Assembly (NCBI GenBank): GCA_019322435.1
Contig: JAHWIR010000004.1
Span: 48,604 to 112,603, forward strand
Source of the DNA: Candidatus Woesearchaeota archaeon
GTDB lineage: Archaea > Nanobdellota > Nanobdellia > Woesearchaeales > WJKL01
DNA length: 64,000 nt
Reading direction: 5' to 3'
The first letter of the stretch is position 1, and each line of letters begins with the position of its first letter. The translations under genes and the position numbers were made by a program. Shown piece after piece: positions 46,870 through 55,588 of this stretch. Under the pieces are notes generated by a model that saw only the letters and a list, made by a program, of their open reading frames with translations, did not search any database and was not told where the DNA came from.

Positions 46870-47202
46870 TCATTTCATCAACCCCAAAGCAACTAAATCA
46901 TCTCTTCTTTTCTGATAATATTCTCCATCCTTAGGCTTCCATTCTATCCTTTCATCTTCTGTACCCAGCGTAAAAACAACCCTATTTCCGCTCTGAGAAA
47001 GATATTCTCTGGGAGTCTTAATCTCTAGCACAGCGTCCTTTTTCAGCACAGTAGGGCAGTAGAAAACCAACATATCTTCTTCTATCCTATCAAAAACTTT
47101 CGAAGGTCCATCCTTAACTTTAACAACATCTCCATGCTTAAGAGAATCTATAGTCTCTTCAGATTCTATTTCAACAAGCCTCTCTAAAAATAAATTGTTC
47201 AT
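46870..47202 (-). CDS. hypothetical protein
   Basis: 110 aa. Confidence 0.45.
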   Translation of the reverse strand: MNNLFLERLVEIESEETIDSLKHGDVVKVKDGPSKVFDRIEEDMLVFYCPTVLKKDAVLEIKTPREYLSQSGNRVVFTLGTEDERIEWKPKDGEYYQKRRDDLVALGLMK

Positions 47203-47214
47203 TTCAACTCACCC

Positions 47215-47931
47215 CTACCTATATTCCTCTCTTTTTTGATTGAATTGTTTCCATTTATGAAAAGAGGGAATTTCTGAAGGAGCTTTTTTAACGCCGTCAA
47301 ACATTACTCGACCATACCATTCTCTATCTTTGCATTGAATTCCTTCTTTGTCTGGAACAAAATGTTTTATTTGAATTCCTGTTTTCAGCATATTTGACCT
47401 AGGAATCATATCATTATTTTCATATAACCATTCAAAATGTCTGGTAACTGTATTTACATATCTTAGACGATCTAATACTGGAAATAATCTTGGATTTGGT
47501 CCTACTTCTTCACGAGATTCATCAGGAGTTATTACTAAATATCGAAATTTCATTTTTTCATTAGGATGTTCTTCTATTAGTTTATTTAATTGTTCAAAAT
47601 CTTCTCTCACCAATCTCTCATCTGCATCCAATACCAAAGCTCTTTTTGTTTTTAATTTACTTAGTCCGTAATTTCTTGATTGAGCATAATCTTCAAACTT
47701 TAAATCATAAATAGTTAGATTATCATGTTTTGCTTCTAGTTCTTCTAATGCTTCTCTTGTCCCATCAATTGAGCCAGTATCAACAATAACTGCTTTCTCA
47801 ACAAATGGAACAGTTGATTCTACAAAATCAACAATGCCTCCTGCAGGATTCATTATTTCATCTCTCATAATAGCTGCTAAACTTGTGTCTGGAAGTATAA
47901 TATTTTTCATCTCAAACACCCTTCCTCGCAA
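47215..47931 (-). CDS. GT2-family glycosyltransferase
   Basis: VIVDTGSIDGT and LVLDADE (DxD). Confidence 0.7.
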   Translation of the reverse strand: MRGRVFEMKNIILPDTSLAAIMRDEIMNPAGGIVDFVESTVPFVEKAVIVDTGSIDGTREALEELEAKHDNLTIYDLKFEDYAQSRNYGLSKLKTKRALVLDADERLVREDFEQLNKLIEEHPNEKMKFRYLVITPDESREEVGPNPRLFPVLDRLRYVNTVTRHFEWLYENNDMIPRSNMLKTGIQIKHFVPDKEGIQCKDREWYGRVMFDGVKKAPSEIPSFHKWKQFNQKREEYR

Positions 47932-48916
47932 CCAAAAACAATGCCTGCCCCCATCCTAAAGGGCTGTTTTCATTATGTTCTTCAGAATCTGCAAAATACA
48001 ACTCAGGCATCTCTCCTTTGTCATTCATAACTTCAACTGCTTTCCTCATATAATAAGCATCCTTTGCAGGCATATTCATTTGCTTGTAGATTATAGCTAG
48101 CCATGGAAGCCCCATTGTCCACTCAGCTTCTCCTTTTTCATTGTAATATTGGTCTCCAATATATCTGATAACTCCTCTTTCTCTAACTAATTGTTCTTCA
48201 ACATTCTTCAAAATCTGCTTTGCCTGCTTTTTATTGACAACATTATATGGATATATCAAACTTAACAAAGACAAATCAGTTTCTTTTGTCAAACTTTCTC
48301 TTGGCAGCAATTTATTCAATGTTTCCTGCCCTTTCTTAATCAATTCTTTATCAACATCAACAATCTTTCCTATCTTCTTCAATCCAGCAACACATGCTCC
48401 AACAGAGCTAGCATGAACTTCCTCATTCTCTTCCCAAACCCCATTATCCTCATCATGCCAATATTCAATTGATTCCAAATACCAGACTAATTTCTGCAAT
48501 ATCCTTAAATCATGTCTATTTCTAATTATCTTGATTCCTTTTTCTTCTAATTCACCAATCTTAAACAAAATAGCTCCAACAGCATCATTCTGCTTGTTTC
48601 CCCATTCCTCCCAAATCTCATCAAAAGTATGAGGATCATATCTTGCATGGATATATTTGTGCTTAGCATCAGGCTTCTCCTTTATTGCCCAATCAATCTT
48701 CTCTTCATGCTTTAATAGAATATCAAGCAATGCCCTATAAATCCTAATTACACTTCTTTTGTCCTTAACAGCTTCAAACCCAAGAGCTTCATAAACATTA
48801 TCTCTAAGCCATGCTCTATTATAGCCAGTTGTTACACTAGCCTGACTCGCCATCATCAATCCTGTTGGCGCTTGCAATTTCCTCAAAATCTGTATTGATT
48901 TAGCTATCATCTTCAT
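47912..48916 (-). CDS. GH15/glucoamylase-related six-hairpin glycosidase-like protein (short form)
   Basis: GYNRAWLRDNVYEALGF resembles the GH15 catalytic-domain motif; 334 aa is short for a full glucoamylase. Confidence 0.5.
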   Translation of the reverse strand: MKMIAKSIQILRKLQAPTGLMMASQASVTTGYNRAWLRDNVYEALGFEAVKDKRSVIRIYRALLDILLKHEEKIDWAIKEKPDAKHKYIHARYDPHTFDEIWEEWGNKQNDAVGAILFKIGELEEKGIKIIRNRHDLRILQKLVWYLESIEYWHDEDNGVWEENEEVHASSVGACVAGLKKIGKIVDVDKELIKKGQETLNKLLPRESLTKETDLSLLSLIYPYNVVNKKQAKQILKNVEEQLVRERGVIRYIGDQYYNEKGEAEWTMGLPWLAIIYKQMNMPAKDAYYMRKAVEVMNDKGEMPELYFADSEEHNENSPLGWGQALFLVARKGV

Positions 48917-49121
48917 CCATCCATTTTTCTAAAAGATTATCAAGAATGCTGTTTAATTTAATATATGCTACTTCATTGCTTACAGCTTCTTCTTCAATAT
49001 AAGAAACTATTTTATTTAATTTGATTTCTAATCCTATTTCTTTAAATTTTAGTTCATATTCTTCAATATAAAATGGATCTACCATATATCCACTAGGTAA
49101 TTCATCATGATCTTCATTCAT
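48900..49121 (-). CDS. hypothetical small protein
   Basis: 73 aa, acidic. Confidence 0.35.
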   Translation of the reverse strand: MNEDHDELPSGYMVDPFYIEEYELKFKEIGLEIKLNKIVSYIEEEAVSNEVAYIKLNSILDNLLEKWMDEDDS

Positions 49122-49428
49122 TTCTATCGCCCCAAGAAGGAATAAAATTCTTAGCTATATCTATAGCAGTATGTGGATGCAATTTATAGAACATCTCAGT
49201 ATGTCTTGCTTTTCTGCATATCTCAGACATTATTCCTGCTTCTACCATATCGCCTTTTTCATAGGCCTTAATAGAAGCATCAGCATAATAATCTCTTCTC
49301 TCTATTACTTGCTTTAAAGTTGGCTTTCTTCTTGCTAAATATCTATAATCAGTATCTTTTATTCCTACTTCACTTGGTTTTTTCAATCTAAGAAAATCAA
49401 TTGTTTCAATTTCATTCATTATTTTCAC
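49114..49428 (-). CDS. hypothetical protein
   Basis: 104 aa. Confidence 0.4.
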   Translation of the reverse strand: MKIMNEIETIDFLRLKKPSEVGIKDTDYRYLARRKPTLKQVIERRDYYADASIKAYEKGDMVEAGIMSEICRKARHTEMFYKLHPHTAIDIAKNFIPSWGDRNE

Positions 49429-49464
49429 CTTCCAATTTTTTCCTTTCTTTATTATGATTCATTT

Positions 49465-49764
49465 TTATTCCTCAATCTCCTTTAAAGCGTCAAAAAGCCC
49501 GCCATATCCTTGCTTTGCTTCTCTAATGCATTCATTGCCATGAATAAATACATAAGTTGTGGCCATCCTCAATAAACTACATTGATATCTTAGTTTTTTA
49601 AGAGCAGGATCATTTTCATCTGTAGTTTTTTCTAATTTATTAACTTGCTCTTGATAGTCATTAAAAGTATTAACTAATCTCTTTTCATTAACAGATACAG
49701 GATCATTTTCATCTAATTGATACAATATATCATTTATGGTTTCTTTTCCAAATTCATCACTCAT
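49465..49764 (-). CDS. hypothetical 99-aa protein translationally coupled to the upstream RHH gene (candidate toxin/partner)
   Basis: Start MSDEFGKE at 49764 (the track ORF extends to 49806); 8-nt overlap with the RHH ORF. Confidence 0.4.
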   Translation of the reverse strand: MSDEFGKETINDILYQLDENDPVSVNEKRLVNTFNDYQEQVNKLEKTTDENDPALKKLRYQCSLLRMATTYVFIHGNECIREAKQGYGGLFDALKEIEE

Positions 49765-49909
49765 CCCTACCACCTTCCACTTTTTCCTTAATAGCAACCT
49801 CAACAAAATGAGACTGGTTTCTGAAATCAGTGCTTAATCTAACAGCTTCCTTCAGCTTCAGTACTGTTTCTTCATCCAGTGTTATTGATATTCTGTGTTT
49901 CATTTTCAT
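49757..49909 (-). CDS. ribbon-helix-helix (CopG/antitoxin-like) protein, 50 aa, below ORF-track cutoff
   Basis: MKMKHRISITLDEETVLKLKEAVRLSTDFRNQSHFVEVAIKEKVEGGRDE; ATGA overlap with the upstream gene's stop. Confidence 0.5.
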   Translation of the reverse strand: MKMKHRISITLDEETVLKLKEAVRLSTDFRNQSHFVEVAIKEKVEGGRDE

Positions 49910-50640
49910 AACCCAAATTCACTATAATCTGTTTGTTTTTCAGCTTGAATACTTCCATAATTTGAAACATGGAAACTATATTCTCCATTCTCAGGGGAAT
50001 TTACTCTAACAATAATATCTATCAACTTTTTCCCATTAATATCTTTTAAAGAAACTTGTCTTGATTTTTTTGTTGATGTCTTTTTTATGTTCCATGAACT
50101 CAATCCAGGAGACCAATTAAATATTAACTCAACATCGTCTTCTGATGGGATATTTGCAATGAATTTATTCAATTCTTTGACTCCTTTTTTATGGCCTTTA
50201 TACACTTTCTCGAATACTGGTTCTTCCCCTCCCCATTTAGTGTGATATCTTTTAATTTTCTTACCCTCTTCAACAATAGGATATCTCAAATTAGCCCTTT
50301 CTACAAGAATTTTGCTTAATCTATGAAATATAAACGGCTGATTAATACTATATTCTACAGCTTGCCTAACAACTCTCTGATAAGCATCCCATTGTTTGTT
50401 CTTAGTCTCCCAATCAACCACAGTGGAATTATCAAATCCAGCTTCATAATGAACATACCATCTTTGCAATTCTTCTTCTGAAGCATTTAGCAATTTCTTA
50501 ACAGAAAGATCAATTACCTTCTCAGGTCTTGACTTGCTTTTTCCACCATGTTGTTTAGATTTACCTTTTCTAAATCCTTGTTTTTGAGGCAGATCCTCAA
50601 ATTCTTCAATAATATTATCTATATTTTTTCTGTGTTTCAT
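49906..50640 (-). CDS. hypothetical basic protein
   Basis: 244 aa. Confidence 0.45.
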   Translation of the reverse strand: MKHRKNIDNIIEEFEDLPQKQGFRKGKSKQHGGKSKSRPEKVIDLSVKKLLNASEEELQRWYVHYEAGFDNSTVVDWETKNKQWDAYQRVVRQAVEYSINQPFIFHRLSKILVERANLRYPIVEEGKKIKRYHTKWGGEEPVFEKVYKGHKKGVKELNKFIANIPSEDDVELIFNWSPGLSSWNIKKTSTKKSRQVSLKDINGKKLIDIIVRVNSPENGEYSFHVSNYGSIQAEKQTDYSEFGL

Positions 50641-51041
50641 TTTCCTTGGTTTTCTTCTCTCCTCATCCTAATACGATTTTCCACTCCTTCCAAAAAGTAC
50701 GGAGTCTCTTCAATCCTTTTTGCACTACCTTTTCCAACAATTTCACATAATGATTCAACTTTAAATGCATCGCACGTATCAAAAAAGCCTCTTCTCCTCT
50801 GTGATTTATAGATAGAACCTTTCACAACTATTGGTTCTCCTCCAATCCTCTCTGCACACAGTTCTGCTTGTTGTATTAGAAAATGCTTATCTCCTTTTTT
50901 CTCGCAAGTAGGAAATATACTTAAACGGTTTTTAGGATCCTGTACGTATATCTTATTTTCAGGAATATACCTATTTTCAAAATCAGCCATACTTGTTCCA
51001 GCATAAATTGTAATAAGTTCGTCTTTCATTTCCTTAATCAC
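50637..51041 (-). CDS. hypothetical protein
   Basis: 134 aa. Confidence 0.45.
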   Translation of the reverse strand: MIKEMKDELITIYAGTSMADFENRYIPENKIYVQDPKNRLSIFPTCEKKGDKHFLIQQAELCAERIGGEPIVVKGSIYKSQRRRGFFDTCDAFKVESLCEIVGKGSAKRIEETPYFLEGVENRIRMRREENQGK

Positions 51042-51369
51042 CTATTGAATTACAAAATTCATCCATAGTCTTCTCTTGTTCTGCTTTTTCTAATATGTTA
51101 GTTTTATATTTACTCTTGATAGCCTCTAGTTTAGCAGCTTCTTCTTGCGCACTAATATTAGATACATAATATCCTGTTCCTATTGATGCTGCAGTCAGAA
51201 TAGTTGCAGCAGCTGCAAGTGCTATAGTAATCTTTGCTGCAGTGCTAAAAGAATCATAAAAATCTTTTAATTTAGAAAGTGTGTTTTTCTTAGTTCCAAG
51301 CTGACTAAGATAGTCTCCTTTACAATGATTTCTTAAAAAATCGTTCAGAGTATATTGTTCTTTTCCCAT
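51034..51369 (-). CDS. small membrane protein
   Basis: 111 aa, TM helix ITIALAAAATILTAASIG. Confidence 0.45.
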   Translation of the reverse strand: MGKEQYTLNDFLRNHCKGDYLSQLGTKKNTLSKLKDFYDSFSTAAKITIALAAAATILTAASIGTGYYVSNISAQEEAAKLEAIKSKYKTNILEKAEQEKTMDEFCNSIGD

Positions 51370-51509
51370 TTTTACCTGTATATTATCCTGTATTACTCAT
51401 TTATAAACCTTTCGATTTGCTACTACTTACTAATAGTAACATAATAGTAGAAGCCTTCTAACCCTTAAAATCAAGCACTTCAAACCATAGAATTCAGCCA
51501 CTACAGGCT

Positions 51510-52478
51510 CTAAGAACGCATTCTAGCAAGATATAATTGTAATTTTTGTTTAATTTTCTGCTTTATTTCTTCATCTATTCTTAGTTTATCAACTTCCTTA
51601 TCCCAGTCTATATCAGGCAATTTAGTTAATGTTCCAACAAACTCAAATCCTGCTTCTGAGGCCTGTTTTTCAATCATTTCAGCTTTTGCAGAGCCAAATA
51701 ATCTTACAGCAGGGAATTTTGTAATTGCAGTTGCTCCTGCCTCAAGAATTTCTTTAACATAATCAACTTTTTTTGGAGTCAATCCGGCAATAACCTCAAT
51801 TTTAGGAAATTCTTCTCTTACTTTTCTGATCCACCAAGAATAATCTTCAACTTCAGGAGATTCTTTTCCTTCAAAAGCAGTTCCTTTCACAGGCTTTAAA
51901 GCATAAAAAGTGATTCTATCAAGTTTATGCTCTTTAATAAAATCAAATAACAACTCGACGTGTTCTTTTTTCTCACCTAATCCAATAACAATTGTCATGC
52001 TTGTATTAAATCCTTTTTTCTTAGCCAAATAAAGCATTTCAGAATATGGTTTAATAGGCTTGTCAGGACAAATCTTATCATGAAGTTCCTTTTCAACAGT
52101 TTCTATTGAAGCGCATATTCCCCCAACATAAGGACTTAATTTATCCATCGCTTCTTCATCCAATACACCTAGATTGACCCAAATCTTCTCGCCATAAACT
52201 TCAGAAATATTTTTTGCAATCTCTGCAATCCTGTCAATATCCCAATTAGCATACCCTCCAGTAAGATATTCAAATTTCCATCCAAGATTTTTTCCAATAA
52301 CAGCATCAGCAATCATTGAAGACATTGATCTTCTTGATTTAACAGCATGCTTTTTCTTATGGCTTGTAGTGCTTCTATAACAAAATTTGCAGCTTCCTCT
52401 TTCGCAAAACCATCCAATAAAAATACATCTGCCAAACCAGGTACGTTTCCTAGAAACTTGCGCTATTTTTTTACTCAT
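51510..52478 (-). CDS. radical-SAM-like protein (BioB/HydE-like TIM barrel) with non-canonical CX4CX2C cluster motif
   Basis: WFCERGSCKFCY near the N-terminus and the glycine motif IVIGLGE; 322 aa. Confidence 0.5.
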   Translation of the reverse strand: MSKKIAQVSRKRTWFGRCIFIGWFCERGSCKFCYRSTTSHKKKHAVKSRRSMSSMIADAVIGKNLGWKFEYLTGGYANWDIDRIAEIAKNISEVYGEKIWVNLGVLDEEAMDKLSPYVGGICASIETVEKELHDKICPDKPIKPYSEMLYLAKKKGFNTSMTIVIGLGEKKEHVELLFDFIKEHKLDRITFYALKPVKGTAFEGKESPEVEDYSWWIRKVREEFPKIEVIAGLTPKKVDYVKEILEAGATAITKFPAVRLFGSAKAEMIEKQASEAGFEFVGTLTKLPDIDWDKEVDKLRIDEEIKQKIKQKLQLYLARMRS

Positions 52479-52488
52479 AGAAATACAC

Positions 52489-52647
52489 CTATTTTAAATT
52501 CTTAAGAATCTCTTGCTTTGTCTTGAACTTCTTCTGGCATTCAAAACAAACTGCTTTTTTCTTGCCTTTATCCTTGATATAAGTTCCAACCAACTTTCTC
52601 AAAAACGTCTCATTGATCCTTTTTCCGCATATTTCACACTTTACCAT
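52489..52647 (-). CDS. small zinc-ribbon protein (52 aa) directly upstream of the radical-SAM-like gene, below ORF-track cutoff
   Basis: MVKCEICGKRINETFLRKLVGTYIKDKGKKKAVCFECQKKFKTKQEILKNLK. Confidence 0.45.
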   Translation of the reverse strand: MVKCEICGKRINETFLRKLVGTYIKDKGKKKAVCFECQKKFKTKQEILKNLK

Positions 52648-52682
52648 ATCCAAAGAAAAAAAGCTAAACTATATAAAGCTTA

Positions 52683-54461
52683 GTGAATAAATTAGAAGAT
52701 ATGACAAGGAGATTAGCAGTAGTTGAAAAGGAGAAATGCAACCCAGTTAGCTGTGGAGACTGGCTTTGTATTAGGCTTTGCCCTGTTAACAGGGCAGGAG
52801 AAGAATGCATTACAAAAGGTTCAGACAACAAGGCAAAAATCAGTGAAGAGCTCTGCACAGGCTGCGGAATCTGCCCAAAACGCTGCCCTTTTGAAGCAAT
52901 ACACATCATAAACCTGCCAGAAGAACTTGAGCAGGATCCAATTCATAGATATGGGGAAAATGGTTTTGAATTATTCAGCCTGCCAACACCCATCTTTGGA
53001 AAAGTTGTTGGAGTTTTAGGAATAAACGGGATTGGAAAGTCCACTGCAATCAAAATTCTAGCCGGAGTTTTAAAACCTAATCTGGGAAAAGAAAAACAAG
53101 CTTCTTATGACAAGCTTATTGAATACTTCAAAGGAACAGAAGCACAATTGTTCTTTGAAAAGATAAAAAAAGGAGAGATAAAAGTCTCTTACAAGCCGCA
53201 GCAAGTTGATTTAATTCCAAAAACACAAAAAGGAAAAGTTAGAACTTTGCTAAAAAAAGTTGATGAAAAAAATCAATTAGCTAAAATAGCAAAAGAACTG
53301 GATATAACCAATATTCTAGACAACGACATCAAAAAAATCTCAGGAGGAGAGCTTCAAAGAGTTGCAATTGCAGCTACTGTCCTGAAAAAAGCCAATCTCT
53401 ATATCTTTGACGAACCAACCTCTTATTTAGATATAAAACAAAGAATAAAAGTCTCAAAATTCATAAAATCCTTGGCAGATGAATCTACATCAGTCCTGGT
53501 TGTTGAACACGATTTGATTATTCTTGATTATATGACAGATTTAGTTCATATTATGTATGGTAAAGAATCCTGTTATGGTGTTGTTGCCCAGCCAAGAGTT
53601 ACAAGAACAGCAATAAACACATACCTATCTGGCTACTTAAAAGAAGAAAACATAAGATTTAGAGATCATCCAATTAAATTTGTATCACGTCCTCCTGTAA
53701 AAAAGAAATCAGAAGAATTTATCCTAACTTCCTGGAAAGATATCAAGAAAAAACTAGGAGCATTCCAATTGTCAGCAGACAAAGGAGAAATAGATAAAAA
53801 AATAGTAACAGGAGTCCTAGGAGAAAATGGAATAGGTAAAACATCTTTTGTCAAAATCCTTGCGCAAGAAATAAAGCCAGACAGAGGAGAAATCCTGGAT
53901 AAAGTAAAAGTTAGCTATAAGCCTCAATACCTAAAAGCAGATTCAAAAGAATTAGTAGTCAATGTTCTAAAAGATGCAATAAAAAAACATACTAACGATG
54001 TTATCAACCCATTGAACATCAAACCTTTATACAACAAGCAGCTAAATGAATTATCAGGAGGAGAACTCCAAAGAATTTCAATTGCATTATGCCTTTCAAA
54101 AGAAGCTGATCTATTCTTATTAGATGACCCATCTGCTTACTTGGATGTAGAGCAAAGACTGATTGTCTCAAAAATAATAAAAGACATAATGGAGCATAGA
54201 GGAACTTCAGCTTTGATTGTTGACCATGATTTATTATTCCTAGATTATATCTCACAAAAACTCTTAATCTTCGATGGCCAGCCCGCAGTAAAAGGCAGTG
54301 CAAAAGGCCCATTCCTAATGGAACAAGGAATGAACTTATTCCTAGAAGATTTAAAAATTACTTTTAGAAGAGATCCAGAAACAAACAGGCCAAGAGCAAA
54401 CAAAGAAGATTCTGTTAAAGATAGAGAACAAAAATCTAAAGGCAAATATTACTATTCTTAA
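52683..54461 (+). CDS. abcE1: ABCE1 (RNase L inhibitor / ribosome recycling factor)
   Basis: N-terminal FeS domain (CNPVSCGDWLCIRLCP ... CTGCGICPKRCP) plus two ABC domains (GINGIGKST, GENGIGKTS). Confidence 0.9.
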   Translation: MNKLEDMTRRLAVVEKEKCNPVSCGDWLCIRLCPVNRAGEECITKGSDNKAKISEELCTGCGICPKRCPFEAIHIINLPEELEQDPIHRYGENGFELFSLPTPIFGKVVGVLGINGIGKSTAIKILAGVLKPNLGKEKQASYDKLIEYFKGTEAQLFFEKIKKGEIKVSYKPQQVDLIPKTQKGKVRTLLKKVDEKNQLAKIAKELDITNILDNDIKKISGGELQRVAIAATVLKKANLYIFDEPTSYLDIKQRIKVSKFIKSLADESTSVLVVEHDLIILDYMTDLVHIMYGKESCYGVVAQPRVTRTAINTYLSGYLKEENIRFRDHPIKFVSRPPVKKKSEEFILTSWKDIKKKLGAFQLSADKGEIDKKIVTGVLGENGIGKTSFVKILAQEIKPDRGEILDKVKVSYKPQYLKADSKELVVNVLKDAIKKHTNDVINPLNIKPLYNKQLNELSGGELQRISIALCLSKEADLFLLDDPSAYLDVEQRLIVSKIIKDIMEHRGTSALIVDHDLLFLDYISQKLLIFDGQPAVKGSAKGPFLMEQGMNLFLEDLKITFRRDPETNRPRANKEDSVKDREQKSKGKYYYS

Positions 54462-55018
54462 GCATCTCCTTTTGACTCGCCTTTTACAATTCCAGCAGCT
54501 ATTAAGTGGGCAATTCTTATTGGCTCTGGCAACAAACTTCTTGTGCAAGTTATCTTCAGAACTTTCTTAGCATCTTCTAATGAAAGCCCAGCCAATTGAA
54601 CATAAATCTTTCCAACTTTACTTACTTCACCAGCTTTCTCAATCAACTTATATTTCCCAACCTTCTTCATTTTCTTCAATGCTGCCTTGATCTTATTAAA
54701 ATCAGGCATTCTTCTAATCACAACAATAACTGGAATCTTTGTTTTCTTATTCAATTCTTGAATATCAACAACATTAAATCCTCCTAACGCAATTCCATCT
54801 AAAATCAAAGCCTGCAATTGAGGCTTAAACTTGCTTTTGTTAACCATCTTAATCAATCTGGAAGTAGAATTATTCCCATCTACCCTTACTTTAGTACTTA
54901 AAACACCATCTAACCAATCTCCACCACGAAATAAAGTTCCAACAACAAGAACATTGCCTTTCTTAAACTTATCAAATGGTGCATCATCAACACCTAATAC
55001 TCTAATCTCCTTTTTCAT
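54458..55018 (-). CDS. DUF99/UPF0215-family protein
   Basis: IRVLGVDDAPF N-terminal signature. Confidence 0.5.
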   Translation of the reverse strand: MKKEIRVLGVDDAPFDKFKKGNVLVVGTLFRGGDWLDGVLSTKVRVDGNNSTSRLIKMVNKSKFKPQLQALILDGIALGGFNVVDIQELNKKTKIPVIVVIRRMPDFNKIKAALKKMKKVGKYKLIEKAGEVSKVGKIYVQLAGLSLEDAKKVLKITCTRSLLPEPIRIAHLIAAGIVKGESKGDA

Positions 55019-55081
55019 ATACTCTGCAAATAGTAAGACTTATATATAATAATTTCTTATTAGAGTTAGGGGAAAAACAAC

Positions 55082-55549
55082 ATGAAATATAGAAGAGCTA
55101 AACCAACTGATATAGCTAAAATAGCAAAATTATTAGTTAAATGTTTTAACATAACTTCAATAAAAGAAGGCAAGGAAACATTTCTAAAAGAAAAAAAATC
55201 AGATTATTTCATTATTGCAGAGGAAGATGGAAAAATCTACGGATTGATCAGCTGGGATATGCACGGCCTTCCTAAGCATCAATTAGTAAGAGTAGAAAGA
55301 ATCTGCGTTCTGGCTGGCTATGACAGGGACAAGATTGCAGAAGAAATGTTGACAGCCGCAATCCAGGATGCTGACAAATACTTCAAAAAGAAAAAACTAA
55401 AACTAAGAAAGATGTATGCCATGGTCCACTCCCACAACAAAAAACTAAAGAACTTCTACAAAAAGATGGGCTTTATGCAGGAAGCAAGAATAAAGGATCA
55501 TTACTACAAAGGCACTGACGAATACATCCTAAGCATATTTTTCGAATAG
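55082..55549 (+). CDS. GNAT-family N-acetyltransferase
   Basis: 155 aa; ICVLAGYDRDKIAEEML...MGF pattern. Confidence 0.5.
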   Translation: MKYRRAKPTDIAKIAKLLVKCFNITSIKEGKETFLKEKKSDYFIIAEEDGKIYGLISWDMHGLPKHQLVRVERICVLAGYDRDKIAEEMLTAAIQDADKYFKKKKLKLRKMYAMVHSHNKKLKNFYKKMGFMQEARIKDHYYKGTDEYILSIFFE

Positions 55550-55588
55550 ATTTATATATACACAATTTTTTCTTTTTTATAGAAGGAG

